DNA from: Planctomycetota bacterium
GTDB taxonomy: Bacteria > Planctomycetota > PLA2 > JAEUHO01
Assembly: GCA_965222115.1 (NCBI GenBank)
Contig: CBDCTJ010000001.1
Coordinates: 256,001 to 320,000, forward strand
Direction of reading: 5' to 3'
Length of the DNA: 64,000 nucleotides
Positions within the stretch are counted from its first letter, which is position 1. Every line of letters starts with the position of its first letter. The notes below the pieces were generated by a model. It did not search any database and was not told the DNA's origin. It saw only the letters and a program-made list of their open reading frames with translations. This document shows, in pieces, positions 38,301 through 47,961 of this stretch. A program made the translations under genes and the position numbers.

Positions 38301-38957
38301 CGCGCCATCGAGCATGCGTGGAGGCACATAGATGCCGAGCAATCCTCCGGCCGATTCAAACAACTCGCGCCAGTAGAGATAGCAATGTCCCTTCGGCGCG
38401 CGCCGTTTCCCGCGTGTGAGCAACTGCGACAGATCGCCGTAGGCTTCCCGAGACGTGGGATAGACGAGGAGCGAACCTTCCGTGGGCGTGGCATAGACAC
38501 CGCCCGGCATTTCGGGTGCAACCTTCTGGGGTGTATCGGGAATCGATGCCGCACGCTGAGCCAAACGTTGCGGCGCCATGCGGGGCGATGTGTAGGCGTG
38601 GTCGGGCACAAAATCCAAATGCACGCCCACACAAAACGCGAGCCCCGCCTCCTCCGCCGCCACATGCGCGCGCACCATCCCGCCCAATGTATTGCGATCG
38701 GTCAATGCCATGGCGCGGTAGCCCAGCGCCACCGCGCGTTCCACCAACTCCTCGGGATGACTCGCACCGTTTAGAAACGTGAAGTTGGACGTGATCTGCA
38801 ACTCGGCATACGGCACATCGCGCAGCGCTTGCCGAAGGCGATGCTGCGCAGCTTCAACACCCCGCCCATGCTCGCCGGGCCCTCTCTCTCCAGGCCATGT
38901 AACCGGACGCTGCGTATGCGGATGGGGATGTGACTTTGTAAATGGATGATCGGGCAT
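35379..38957 (-). CDS. dnaE2: Error-prone DNA polymerase DnaE2 (ImuC)
   Basis: PHP 'SNFTFLNGASHPEELV', 'PPDIDIDFEHERREEVIQY', 'GFPESHAASFA', C-terminal 'SRDFH'. Confidence 0.97.
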   Translation of the reverse strand: MPDHPFTKSHPHPHTQRPVTWPGERGPGEHGRGVEAAQHRLRQALRDVPYAELQITSNFTFLNGASHPEELVERAVALGYRAMALTDRNTLGGMVRAHVAAEEAGLAFCVGVHLDFVPDHAYTSPRMAPQRLAQRAASIPDTPQKVAPEMPGGVYATPTEGSLLVYPTSREAYGDLSQLLTRGKRRAPKGHCYLYWRELFESAGGLLGIYVPPRMLDGAWLRRFEALRDVFDDDRLSLAITKYFGADDARHRDIVVNAAERMDVPLVITGDVRYHIPERRPLHDVLTCIRHGCTIGSAGRRLMAHGERHFQAPSHMERLGRDLLDESRRSRALQRTIEIAERASAFSLSQLRYQYPTDVAPAGSTAIEYLRTCTWAGAKGRYPHGVPDDVRRRVEDELALIEELRYEPYFLTVYNIVQFARRRGILCQGRGAAANSAVCYCLGVTAVDPDRFSLLFARFISRERAEPPDIDIDFEHERREEVIQYIYETYGRERAALTAVIITYRMRSALRDVGKALGLSLDLVDRLAKNIGRGAEGENSEGKNSEENDITARIRDLGLEQESVAIQRLFALANQIVGFPRHRSQHVGGFVITQDHLSSLVPIENCAMEDRTVIEWEKDDIAAMNMLKVDVLALGMLTCIRKAFELIEQAPRAALRESERACIRDRMERFRRQGLSPSTLPEEDPAVYEMISNADTVGVFQIESRAQMSMLPRLRPQTFYDLVIEVAIVRPGPIHGGMVHPYLRRRCGEEEPEVYTENIAKILDKTLGVPLFQEQAMELAIEAGGFTPGEADALRRAMATWKRKGKTIDRFGQKLIRGMLARGFSKDFADRCFRQIQGFSEYGFPESHAASFAIIAYASSWLKHYYPAAFTASLLNSQPMGFYQPAQLIRDAKEHGVTVLPVDVNASDWDLTLEYPDKKAGESTDEPPAPCLRLGLRMVRGLREDDARFVHRMVSFHGPFDSPEALHETLTDARACMDVDAGSEGEDTAASHRASVRILRTLARADAFSSMGLDRQAALWRVRGLRTEALPLFRDVLATMKPAVPPLPPVKPLQRVALDYHATGLSLEAHPISFLRNDLHALGVTPAARFRDERAWPHRTPGAVAGVVLSRQRPYTAKGVVFVTLEDETGISNIIVWRRVFDRYWSTVRRAYVLLVRGRLERQGQVIHMIADHIEQLDERLPELTLHSRDFH

Positions 38958-38972
38958 TGGTGGACCTCAGCT

Positions 38973-40997
38973 CTATGCCCACATGCCATGCACAAACCAT
39001 CGCCGTGCTTCGGAGCTGTAATAGATCCACAAACACCGCCCGAAGTCGTCGTACACGCGAAAGTAATCTCGATAGGCCAAACTACGTCGAGCTGTATTAG
39101 AAATTGAGCTCGCACCGCGATACCCAGCATCCACCGACGGCGTGCGCGGCACATCCCACCACGGCGCACCAATACGCTCGGGTCCTTCTGTGTGAAGCAC
39201 GGTTGCATCGACACCCCGCCAACGAAACTGCTCGGGCGGTCGCCGAATGCCGCGCGCATGCAACTTGTCTATCTCGTTTTGCTCGCCTTGATCATTCGGC
39301 TCATTCGACTCGCGCGAAACCAGCGACATCAACACTTCCGGCGAAGAAAACAAATTCGTGGGGCGATCGGCAACGAGATCGAATCCGCCGAGTGGATGCG
39401 GCTCATCAACGCGTTTGCCGCCAGATCTCTTATCTAACACTCCCTTATCCAACACACTGCGGCGCGTGTAGGCTCGCTCGGGGATGTGTGTGTCGAGCAC
39501 CTCCATACGCACAATGCGCGCCGCATCGCCACAGTGATCAATGAGACGATCAAGCAACACGCCAAGTGCTTTCGATGTTCTGTGCTTACTTCCATGAGTT
39601 CGTTTCGTTGTGGGTATCGCCTCTTGAGAGACCATCGGTGATGCCGGCACCGGCGATGTTGACGTAGACACTGGCAAAAGCGTTTGCTGCAACCACTGCT
39701 GGGGATAAACCCGCGTAGCCGCAAGCGTGACTTGCTCAACGCCCAACGTAAGACGCAACGACTCCATACGCGTACGCAACAAGACCCCGAGGTGGTGTGC
39801 ATCCACACTGGGACGCGCAAGCAGGAGTTGAATGTGGGGATCACGTATTCCCGTAGTGCGTATTCCCGTAGTACGTACTCCCACATCACGGCTACGCACT
39901 CCATCATCGCTATGTTCTAGTGGCACGTCCTGTACGCAGCGCATCGTTAGATCGAACTGCCCCACGGCTACATTGCGTTCTTCAACGCGTGCTAACAACG
40001 TGTTTAGCAACGCCATAACCACATCGATCAAGGCGTGGATATCGCCCATCCCCCCCGCGTCGATGACGTCGTTGCTAAACCGAAATCGCTCCCATAAAGG
40101 ATCCTGTACCGGCAAAAAGGACACCGAGTCGGGACGTGCCCCAAAGGCCTCGTCCATTCGCTCCACAAACGACTCTCCAAAACGCGACACCAACTGCGTA
40201 CGCGGGATGGGAAAGAGGTGCTCGATGCGCTCGACACCCATCTCCCCAAGCAATTCCGTGCTACCTCCATCGAGCCGCAGCGCTTCAATCGGCAACTGGC
40301 GCATGGCTTCACGCTCGTCACCAGGCGCCACCAGCACACATACCTCACCTCCAGTGTTTTTATCGCCCCCAACACGACGGTCTTGCTGTTGTTCATTAGC
40401 AAACCGTTCGTCAGAAAACCGTGCCATCCCCCACGCACACCCCACCGTGCTAGCGAGTGCGATCCGTGCCTTAAATCCCATACGCCGAAGATCACCAAGC
40501 AGCGTGTGTGCCAGCACGTCTTCACCACCAAAAAGACGCTCACAACCATGTGTGCCCAGCAACAAACCATGCGGGGGATCTACTTCCACGACCGGTGAAA
40601 ATTTCGTGGCCCAGCGCGCCAAGGCGTGGAGTGCATTCAAATCGTCGCGCGCGTCGAAAGGCGCCACACACACCTCTCGACCACGAAGCAATGCATAGGC
40701 CTCGGCCAGGCGCACTCCCTCCACTACGCCGGACCGAGCCCCCAGTTCACAACAACGCACCACCACTTGATGCCCCGCCACCAAAGACACCAACAACACC
40801 GCCGGTCGAAGTTCGCTCGCACCTCCTTTCTTATTACGTGCTTCTTTGTTAAGAGCTCGCCGACGTCGCCACATGCGATCCACCGACCAATGCGGCAGGT
40901 ACACAGACAACACGCGCTGCTGCTTCACGGCCTGCCCGCCCAAGACGTCCTCGCCCAAGACGTGCTCGCTCGCGACTCGATTTTGGGTAACGCCCAT
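38973..40997 (-). CDS. imuB: ImuB Y-family polymerase-like protein
   Basis: 'RWATKFSPVV', 'GCERLFGGE', 'GPERIGAPWW', 'RDYFRV...WFVHGMWA'; directly upstream of dnaE2. Confidence 0.9.
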   Translation of the reverse strand: MGVTQNRVASEHVLGEDVLGGQAVKQQRVLSVYLPHWSVDRMWRRRRALNKEARNKKGGASELRPAVLLVSLVAGHQVVVRCCELGARSGVVEGVRLAEAYALLRGREVCVAPFDARDDLNALHALARWATKFSPVVEVDPPHGLLLGTHGCERLFGGEDVLAHTLLGDLRRMGFKARIALASTVGCAWGMARFSDERFANEQQQDRRVGGDKNTGGEVCVLVAPGDEREAMRQLPIEALRLDGGSTELLGEMGVERIEHLFPIPRTQLVSRFGESFVERMDEAFGARPDSVSFLPVQDPLWERFRFSNDVIDAGGMGDIHALIDVVMALLNTLLARVEERNVAVGQFDLTMRCVQDVPLEHSDDGVRSRDVGVRTTGIRTTGIRDPHIQLLLARPSVDAHHLGVLLRTRMESLRLTLGVEQVTLAATRVYPQQWLQQTLLPVSTSTSPVPASPMVSQEAIPTTKRTHGSKHRTSKALGVLLDRLIDHCGDAARIVRMEVLDTHIPERAYTRRSVLDKGVLDKRSGGKRVDEPHPLGGFDLVADRPTNLFSSPEVLMSLVSRESNEPNDQGEQNEIDKLHARGIRRPPEQFRWRGVDATVLHTEGPERIGAPWWDVPRTPSVDAGYRGASSISNTARRSLAYRDYFRVYDDFGRCLWIYYSSEARRWFVHGMWA

Positions 40998-42027
40998 CGT
41001 CCCACTCCAAATTCCACTGCTTCCCTAAAAAGGATTTATCTACGAAGGACTCGCTCACATGAGGTGTATTGAACGACGGCTTACTCAAGAACGCCGACAC
41101 TTCAGCAAACGGATGCGAACGCTTCAAACGACTCAACGAAAGCGACCATCCGGGGCGCGACGAGCATGAGGACACAAAACGTGGCGACCGATAGCTCACA
41201 TGCCAACGCGTGGCAGCCGCCGACAACATGCGTGATTCCCACGACGGACGCGCGATCAGGACCAACGGTGCCACCGAGCCGCCATCGCTACTTCTAGAAC
41301 GCGCCGCGACTTGCAATCGTCGCGTGTGATTCATACGCAATCGACGACCGTCGGCAACAATCACATTCGCGGCTGGCGATCGCAAGCAGAGCTCGAGCAT
41401 ACGCAGGCGCGTGCGGCCGTCGCGCGGGTCGATGAAAATCGATCGTTCCAAAAGGGACGCATGCTCAGGCGATTGCTTCTTCGGCAATTGCTTTTTCGAC
41501 AATCGATTCTTTGACAATTGCTGCTCTGCAAGAGCAAGCGGATAGGGCCACACCTCACGCCCAATCCAAAAAACATGCCCGCCGGTCGAAGGCACAGACG
41601 TGCTTACATAGGCTCGCGTCGCCAGATGGATAAAGAGTCGCAACGGTGGCGTCCATCGCGTGCGCAGCGCCTTGAGCTTTTCTTTGTTCGGCGCCTCTTT
41701 TCTCATTGAAGGAGACGTCGCGTGCGCATCGTTCGGAAGCGATTCGTTCGGAAGCGACTCGTGCGATAACGACGTACCAAACCACTCGTGCAACACACCG
41801 CGCGCTAATCCGTGATTTCGACCGTGACTCAGCACACGATCGATGGGATTCCATCCTGTTGAAACACTGCTCTCAGAAACACCACCCGACACACGTCGCG
41901 GATGCGATGACGTCCCTAGATCCACTCGCCTACTGGGATCCAATCGCCTGCTGGAATCCAGTGACATGCCAGAATTGGCCGACGTGTGTGGGAGACGGCT
42001 GCGAAGTGGGGTCGATTGTGCGCTCAT
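40849..42027 (-). CDS. imuA: ImuA-like RecA-fold protein
   Basis: 'STGWNPIDRVL...GLARGVLHEW', 'ELCLRSPA', 'RRLQVAA', 'SAAATRWHV'; overlaps imuB. Confidence 0.8.
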   Translation of the reverse strand: MSAQSTPLRSRLPHTSANSGMSLDSSRRLDPSRRVDLGTSSHPRRVSGGVSESSVSTGWNPIDRVLSHGRNHGLARGVLHEWFGTSLSHESLPNESLPNDAHATSPSMRKEAPNKEKLKALRTRWTPPLRLFIHLATRAYVSTSVPSTGGHVFWIGREVWPYPLALAEQQLSKNRLSKKQLPKKQSPEHASLLERSIFIDPRDGRTRLRMLELCLRSPAANVIVADGRRLRMNHTRRLQVAARSRSSDGGSVAPLVLIARPSWESRMLSAAATRWHVSYRSPRFVSSCSSRPGWSLSLSRLKRSHPFAEVSAFLSKPSFNTPHVSESFVDKSFLGKQWNLEWDDGRYPKSSRERARLGRGRLGRAGREAAARVVCVPAALVGGSHVATSASS

Positions 42028-42033
42028 GTCTGT

Positions 42034-42061
42034 AAGATAGTATATTGTTAGGTATTGTCAA
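42034..42061 (-). promoter_or_regulatory. Sigma-70 promoter of imuA (probably leaderless)
   Basis: TTGACA-N16-TATCTT, then 6 nt to the ATG; no SD. Confidence 0.7.
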
Positions 42062-42229
42062 GTTGGGAACAACCCGCAAGAAATAGGCCGTAGATGACGA
42101 TTCGAGCACGTGTGAGACGACCGGGGCACCTGGAAGCTGAGCCATCCGGCGCCTATAGTTGGTCCACCGACAATCAGCCATGGGCATCGCTGGAACGACG
42201 CCGGCAGAAGAGAACAGGGAGGCGAAACC

Positions 42230-42838
42230 ATGGGGCGAGTCACATGGACGTTCACACTACTACTCAGCGCCACCTTCTGGCTCGTCTCGTGTGATGACGA
42301 TTGCAATGACAAGAACTTAGGTGCGTCAGCGCCCACCACGCCCGTGCAAGTCTTCAATGTATTCGATGATGAAACCGATTACGCAAACGCAGGCGGCTCC
42401 ACAACGATGTTCGACTTCCGACCGGATCTACCCGCGGATCACGACCCCGCGATGGGCGATCAATTCATCAACTGTCGCGTGTACCAAGATCATTGCTTTG
42501 AAGGATTTCGACGGCGCGTACCCGGCGGTGGCTTTCTGGGATGGATCTACGCAAATCCTGGAGACACGATCACGATTCGTCTGCCATCGGCATCTACGAG
42601 CGTTGGCTTCACTGTCGGCCCATTTTCGTCAACCGCGGGAACCCACGTATTCACGTTACCGGATGGGCAAGAGATTCGCCGCGATATGGGCAACGGCGCA
42701 CCACCGAACTACCTTCGCTTTATCGGCATCACCTCAAACCTGCCTATCACCCATGTGACCTACCACGTCGAAAATGTCGCCGGCATCATCTGGGACATGC
42801 GAACCATGAGCGCGGGTACGCCGTGTAGCTGTCCCTAA
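42230..42838 (+). CDS. Hypothetical lipoprotein (beta-rich)
   Basis: GGGAGG SD; signal ending 'WLVS-C'. Confidence 0.7.
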   Translation: MGRVTWTFTLLLSATFWLVSCDDDCNDKNLGASAPTTPVQVFNVFDDETDYANAGGSTTMFDFRPDLPADHDPAMGDQFINCRVYQDHCFEGFRRRVPGGGFLGWIYANPGDTITIRLPSASTSVGFTVGPFSSTAGTHVFTLPDGQEIRRDMGNGAPPNYLRFIGITSNLPITHVTYHVENVAGIIWDMRTMSAGTPCSCP

Positions 42839-42839
42839 C

Positions 42840-42950
42840 GCGCCAAAAATACCTGGTATTTCTGGCGCACGGCGGAGTCCGCGCGGGCCCGAACGCGCCA
42901 TTCGTCGCGACATGCGCCAACAATACCTGGTTTCTGTGGCGCTTTTGGGG
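42840..42950. repeat. 111-bp direct repeat, copy 1 (doublet of family-B palindromes)
   Basis: Units at 42840-42868 and 42914-42942; matches 45228-45338 with 8 mismatches by manual count. Confidence 0.95.
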
Positions 42951-42987
42951 GTAACGCGTAGCACGTTGGCTCGGAGTAGATTGTGGA

Positions 42988-45222
42988 GTGCCCATGACGA
43001 GCGACGTAGTCCTTCTTGATCAATGGCGGCAGCATGCAGACGGCGAAGCATTTTCGCTTCTGGCCCACCGCCATGCCTCGCTCGTCGCCGATGTGGCTTT
43101 TCGCATAGCCGGTGATCGCCAAACAGCGGAAGACGCACTGCAAGAGGCGTTGTTGGCACTGGCAAACGATCAAAGTGACCGTCCAGCAAACGTAGGTATT
43201 CGCGCATGGTTGGCACGATCCGCGATTTCTAAGGCAAAGAACCAGCGCGCGTCACAGGGATCGCGGCGACGGCGAGAACGTGTAGTGGGACGCAAGCGTT
43301 CGGAGAGCGTGATGAAACAGCCGGCCGCGGAGAGACAACGAATGGCGTCGCATATCCTCGGCGCACTTGAAGCGAACGACGCCACCGTGCTGGCGCTTCG
43401 ATTCATCCACGACGTTTCCTATACCGAAATGTCCGCCATATTGGCAGTATCCGAATCGGCAGCCCGCGTGCGTGTTCATAGAGCATTGGAGCGAGCGCGC
43501 GCGCTACATCCCGGCGGGGATATCGACGACAAAACTGCGGGCGCAATGATCGCGTCGGTGCCCGTGCTTGATGTGGGACACGACGCGATTAACAAATGTG
43601 TACAGCACGCGATCCGGCAGTCAAAGGGGCGAGTGCATGCAAGGAGCTCGGCATCGCCACGCAGGTTGCCGGTATTGCCCCTAACGGCCATGGGCGCCGT
43701 TTGCGCCCTACTTGCTGTGGGTTTTTTCGCTTGGCCAAAGGCGACGCAACCGGAACTGCGGCCCAACGTTGCAGATGGATCCTATCGAGAGGCATCACCG
43801 CCCACGCTCGCTGCTCACGTGCCGGGTGTAGAGCGGGCACCCACGGATCGCTCGATTCGAAATCAAGACAAGCCACTGCCTTCCAAAGAGATTAGAAATT
43901 CTAAGAAGTCGGCACCACGCTCGACTTCCCCTAGCGACTCGAGTCTCACGAAGAGCCAAGCCACTCTCACGCGGCTGCGAATGCGCGTGAAGCTCGCCGA
44001 TGGAACGCTTGAGAGCGTACGAATCGGACGCATCATGCATCGTGGTAGTGAGTGGGATGCTAGTCAAGTCCCCGCACTCCTTGATTCGTTCCCCGCCTAC
44101 GCAAGGATGCACATAACACTCTCGACGAGTGACGCACGTGCGGCAACGCCATGGGTCATTCTTAACGTGCCCGATCCCGTGCCGCCGATCCTCGACGTCG
44201 TTGTTCCGTCTAACGATTCGAATGACCTAGATAAGCTCACACTTCGCATCGTAGATGCTGAGACGAAGACTCCTTTGCCCCGCTCCACGATTCACTGGGG
44301 TAATGGTGAACAGCGTGAAGTGCGTTGGTCTGCGGATGAGAACGGACGCATTGAAGTCAAGAATCTAAAACCGAGACCATGGAACAAGAACTGTCCTTCA
44401 GCGCTAGTTCACTTCACGGCGTGCGAATACAACATCGTTGCACCCGGGTACCTGCACGCGGGGCAATCGTACGGTGGAAGGGAATATGCTCCCCAGCCGA
44501 TTGTTGAAGGAACGTATCTTGAGACGTGGACGGAACACAGGGAAATCGAGATCAAGCTAAGGCGCATTCCCCAACAGTCAGGCTTGTCCGAGCGCACCAT
44601 TCGATTCGTTGATGCCGAGGGACAGCCTGTTCGTGACGCCTATATATCCATTGTTCACCCGTACAGACGGCACCGCCCACAGCTCTTAGATCAGCGACTT
44701 AGCCCAGGCAACGAGTTTCGTCGTACGAACGAACACGGCGAGATCACACTCGTAATGGGCCAGGTTGTTGCCGTAGCTGCAATGACGGATCGCTCACCTC
44801 TGGCCGGATGGGGGCTGGCTGCGAACGCATGGAGCAATGACGAAGTACGAGTACTAACGATGCCTCGAGTTGCGCGGGCGCGCGTTCGAATTTCGGGACT
44901 CGCAGAGGGTACTCGACTGCGGTTGTGGCGACTTACGCCATTTCAATCACTTAGCGAAGTACACCCGCTACTGCAAGGCTCAATGGATCTCGATGCAAAG
45001 CGAATCCTAGATGAGCAGAACGCATCGCTGCCTCTATTGGACACGGCTTACACTCAACAAGACGCCGACAATGGCGCGACGATTCCTGTAGCAGTCGGAC
45101 GGAAGCAGACGTGGTATGCGAGTCATGGCAGCGAGACGCGTGTGCTTACGCTCAATCCAACCGCCCCCGTTGGGTACGACGTTTATCGAGAGTGGAGCGA
45201 TCTGCCGCTTGCCGCCGACTAA
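42988..45222 (+). CDS. ECF sigma factor fused to a TM helix and an extracytoplasmic beta-domain extension
   Basis: sigma2 'AEDALQEALLAL...RAWL'; sigma4 'LRFIHDVSYTEMSAILAVSESAARVRVHRAL'; TM; 'IVDAETKTPLP' and 'FVDAEGQPV' repeats. Alternative ATG at 42994. Confidence 0.85.
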   Translation: MPMTSDVVLLDQWRQHADGEAFSLLAHRHASLVADVAFRIAGDRQTAEDALQEALLALANDQSDRPANVGIRAWLARSAISKAKNQRASQGSRRRRERVVGRKRSESVMKQPAAERQRMASHILGALEANDATVLALRFIHDVSYTEMSAILAVSESAARVRVHRALERARALHPGGDIDDKTAGAMIASVPVLDVGHDAINKCVQHAIRQSKGRVHARSSASPRRLPVLPLTAMGAVCALLAVGFFAWPKATQPELRPNVADGSYREASPPTLAAHVPGVERAPTDRSIRNQDKPLPSKEIRNSKKSAPRSTSPSDSSLTKSQATLTRLRMRVKLADGTLESVRIGRIMHRGSEWDASQVPALLDSFPAYARMHITLSTSDARAATPWVILNVPDPVPPILDVVVPSNDSNDLDKLTLRIVDAETKTPLPRSTIHWGNGEQREVRWSADENGRIEVKNLKPRPWNKNCPSALVHFTACEYNIVAPGYLHAGQSYGGREYAPQPIVEGTYLETWTEHREIEIKLRRIPQQSGLSERTIRFVDAEGQPVRDAYISIVHPYRRHRPQLLDQRLSPGNEFRRTNEHGEITLVMGQVVAVAAMTDRSPLAGWGLAANAWSNDEVRVLTMPRVARARVRISGLAEGTRLRLWRLTPFQSLSEVHPLLQGSMDLDAKRILDEQNASLPLLDTAYTQQDADNGATIPVAVGRKQTWYASHGSETRVLTLNPTAPVGYDVYREWSDLPLAAD

Positions 45223-45227
45223 CCCAT

Positions 45228-45338
45228 GCGCCAAAAATACCTGGTATTTCTGGCGCGTCGCGGAGGCCGCGCGGACCCGAAAGCGCCATTCATCGCGACG
45301 TGCGCCAACAATACCTGGTTTCTGTGGCGCTTTTGGGG
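45228..45338. repeat. 111-bp direct repeat, copy 2
   Basis: Units at 45228-45256 and 45302-45330; offset 2388 bp from copy 1. Confidence 0.95.
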
Positions 45339-45339
45339 A

Positions 45340-46176
45340 CTAGGTAGGCTTCATGGCGCGGAGGCGGCGGATGCGCTCGTTGGGGTCGGGGTGAGTGCTG
45401 AACATTTTGGCCATGCCCTTTCCGAAGAAGGGGTTGGCGATCATCATGTGGGCGGTCGCGCCGGTTTCGCTGAGGGGCGGTCGTTTGGGGATACCGCGGT
45501 GCAATGCTTCTAGTGCAGAAGCCAGCGCCTCGGGATCGTTGGCAATGCGCGCACCGTCGGCGTCGGCTTCGTATTCACGAGCACGGCTAATCGCCATCTG
45601 TACAAGTCCGGCGATCATCGGTGCCAGAATCGCAACGGCCAATAGAAGGATGGGGTTGGGAGAGTCATCGTCACCGCTGCCACCAAACATCGCGCCGAAG
45701 CGACCCATCATCGCGAGCAGACCAATGGCAGACACCGCACCCGACACCAACGTCATGGTGAGCATGTCGCGATTTTGAACGTGACCGAGCTCGTGGGCCA
45801 TGACGGCGCGCACTTCACGGCGATCACACACGTCTAACAGGCCCTGCGTCACGGCGACAACAGCGTTCTTGGGATTGCGTCCGGTGGCGAAAGCATTGGG
45901 ACCCGGCTTATTGATGTAGGCCACCTTGGGCATGGGCATACCCGCGCGGGTAGTCATCTCTTTGACGTCGTCTTGGATCCATTGCAATTCACCGGGTTCA
46001 AGCACTTTGGCGCCGTGTGCCTTGAGGACGAGCGAACCGGAGAACCAATAGTTGAAAAAGTTGAGCGCAATGCCAATCGCAAACGCGATCAACATCCCGG
46101 TCTTTCCACCGATAAGGCTGCCAATACCCACCATCAATAGGGTGAGCAGGGTCAGTAGTGCGGCGGTACGAATCAT
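45340..46176 (-). CDS. htpX: Zinc metalloprotease HtpX (M48)
   Basis: 'PNAFATGRNPKNAVVAVT', 'AHELGHV', 'SRAREYEAD', 'FSTHP'. Confidence 0.96.
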   Translation of the reverse strand: MIRTAALLTLLTLLMVGIGSLIGGKTGMLIAFAIGIALNFFNYWFSGSLVLKAHGAKVLEPGELQWIQDDVKEMTTRAGMPMPKVAYINKPGPNAFATGRNPKNAVVAVTQGLLDVCDRREVRAVMAHELGHVQNRDMLTMTLVSGAVSAIGLLAMMGRFGAMFGGSGDDDSPNPILLLAVAILAPMIAGLVQMAISRAREYEADADGARIANDPEALASALEALHRGIPKRPPLSETGATAHMMIANPFFGKGMAKMFSTHPDPNERIRRLRAMKPT

Positions 46177-46316
46177 GCAAATGCTCCTGGAGACAGACGG
46201 AGCCTATGAGACTCCAAAGGCTCACGTGCAGGAATCATGCCGAGCCTAGAAATGGGCGTTTCGAGTCTCATTACGCGCCAAAACGGCACGATCGAAGGAC
46301 CAAGGATGCCAGAACA

Positions 46317-46380
46317 TACATCTCGGTGCCAGGCACGCCGATGTACCTACGTCGCGGTGCCTGGCACGCAGGTGTACCCC
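46317..46380. repeat. Tandem 29-nt palindromes (family C, GTGCCWGGCAC core)
   Basis: TACATCTCGGTGCCAGGCACGCCGATGTA and TACGTCGCGGTGCCTGGCACGCAGGTGTA. Confidence 0.9.
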
Positions 46381-46398
46381 GCACGCACGGGTATGTCT

Positions 46399-47906
46399 TT
46401 ACTGCTTCTCGGTCCTCAGCAGCTTGATGGGCGCGGCGAGCTTGCCTGTTGCGAGTGACGCGGCGAACTCGCGAGTCGTTGCAAACTCACCCTTGTGAGA
46501 GCCGGACGTTATCTGGATGTTGTCTCGTAGTCCTTCGTGGATGACGGGCGCGGAATAGTATTCGCCATCAATGATTATCGCCAAGGGCATACCAATGTTC
46601 TTCGACGTGAACTTGAAGAATGCATCTTGGAACTCGGGCTTCACTTCATAAAGGACGGCGACTCCTGGATTCGAGGGGTCAACCGACTTCGCCACCACAG
46701 CGTTTTCCTGCAAAATATTCGCTCCGAAGGCCTTGTCTTTATCCGTCGGCTCTTCCAGCAAGCGATAGTCCTCTGAGTCCCTATTCCGTAGGCGCGCCCT
46801 TCGCACCAAGCGGTAGCGAGGATCGCTAGGCACATAAGCGGTATCGTTCTCTTCAGTAAGCTGCCAGCGTTCGATCTCTCTCTTTTTGTACCGTCAAAGC
46901 CAGCCTTCGTTGCAGGAAACGCATCGCCAGCGCCCTTCCATGGTGCATCGCCCGCATCGAGACGCGGAGCTCTGTCGTCTCCATAGCGCCTACTCTCTAG
47001 CACTTCGACGGGGAGGACCTCAATTTGGAACTGAAGTTCGCCGCGCATCGCAAGTAGTAGCTTGAGGGATTCCGCATCTTTGAATCTGCGGACACAATTG
47101 ACATGAATGACGCCGGGTTCAGGAGACTCCACCCGAACCCCACGAATCAAGGACTGTTCAAGACGATGGCGCAATTGATCCAAGACGCGCTTCGTCGTGG
47201 CGGCAGCTTCCTGCCCCTTCACCGCGCCAACGCCGAATACAAATCGCGCCCCGCGTGTTGCTGGTCCCGACACGGCAAGTGGCGAATGTAGCCAGTCATG
47301 CACGGGCGCAATGACGACACGTTTACCGATACTTTGGACTTCAAAGTCAATGTCCCATGTCGTTCCTTCGCCCTTCACGCGAAGAACCGCCCGCCGCCTT
47401 TCACCTTCCAGAATCGAATGCGGTGACGACAGCGGCTCAATCTGAGATTTCGGCGAAATCTCAATCATCGCAATCTTGTCCCACTTGATATTCGGTTCTT
47501 CGCCAATGTAATTCGCAAGCGCCTTGGATACTGTGCTTCGTGCGCTTGACGCTACTCTCTCCATGCCCCCCGCCATCTTGAATCTCGCACGCAGATTTTT
47601 GCTATAGACATGCTTCTCATCGAGGAAATGTACCTCTTCGCGATAGACCCATACGTCAATCTCACGCTGAAGATCCTCCTTCGTAAGCATGAACTTACTT
47701 AGCGCATTAGGATCACTGTCTTTGAGCGCACGAGATAGCGCAGTCGCAATGGGGCCGACTTCCTCGTCAGTTCTGGCATCCTCCGTCGACTCATCTGCCG
47801 GAGGCGTGTACTCTGGAGGCACGGATTGCCCTTCGCCGCATCCGACGCAGATCAATGTAAGTAATAAAACTGGGAGAAACGTATACGCGACGCGAGAGAT
47901 GTTCAT
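46399..47906 (-). pseudogene. SecD periplasmic (P1/head)-like lipoprotein with a 1-bp frameshift
   Basis: Paralog of the next gene; TTT GAC GG TAC AAA near 46891 lacks one base. Restoring it gives 'YKKREIERW...DPRY', which aligns to the paralog's 'FKKKEIEHW...DPRY'. Confidence 0.8.
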
Positions 47907-47961
47907 GGGCGCATGATACCGAAGACTATGCGCCTAGCTACTTGGCATGCAGATGCCGAAA

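Noticed and set aside
35379-38957. Intein in DnaE2
   Set aside because: The extra length is explained by short loop insertions; no intein C/S...HN-C/S/T boundaries seen.
42832-45340. Integron attC sites
   Set aside because: TAAC follows both stops, but there is no proper RYYYAAC/GTTRRRY pairing across the element and no intI in the window.
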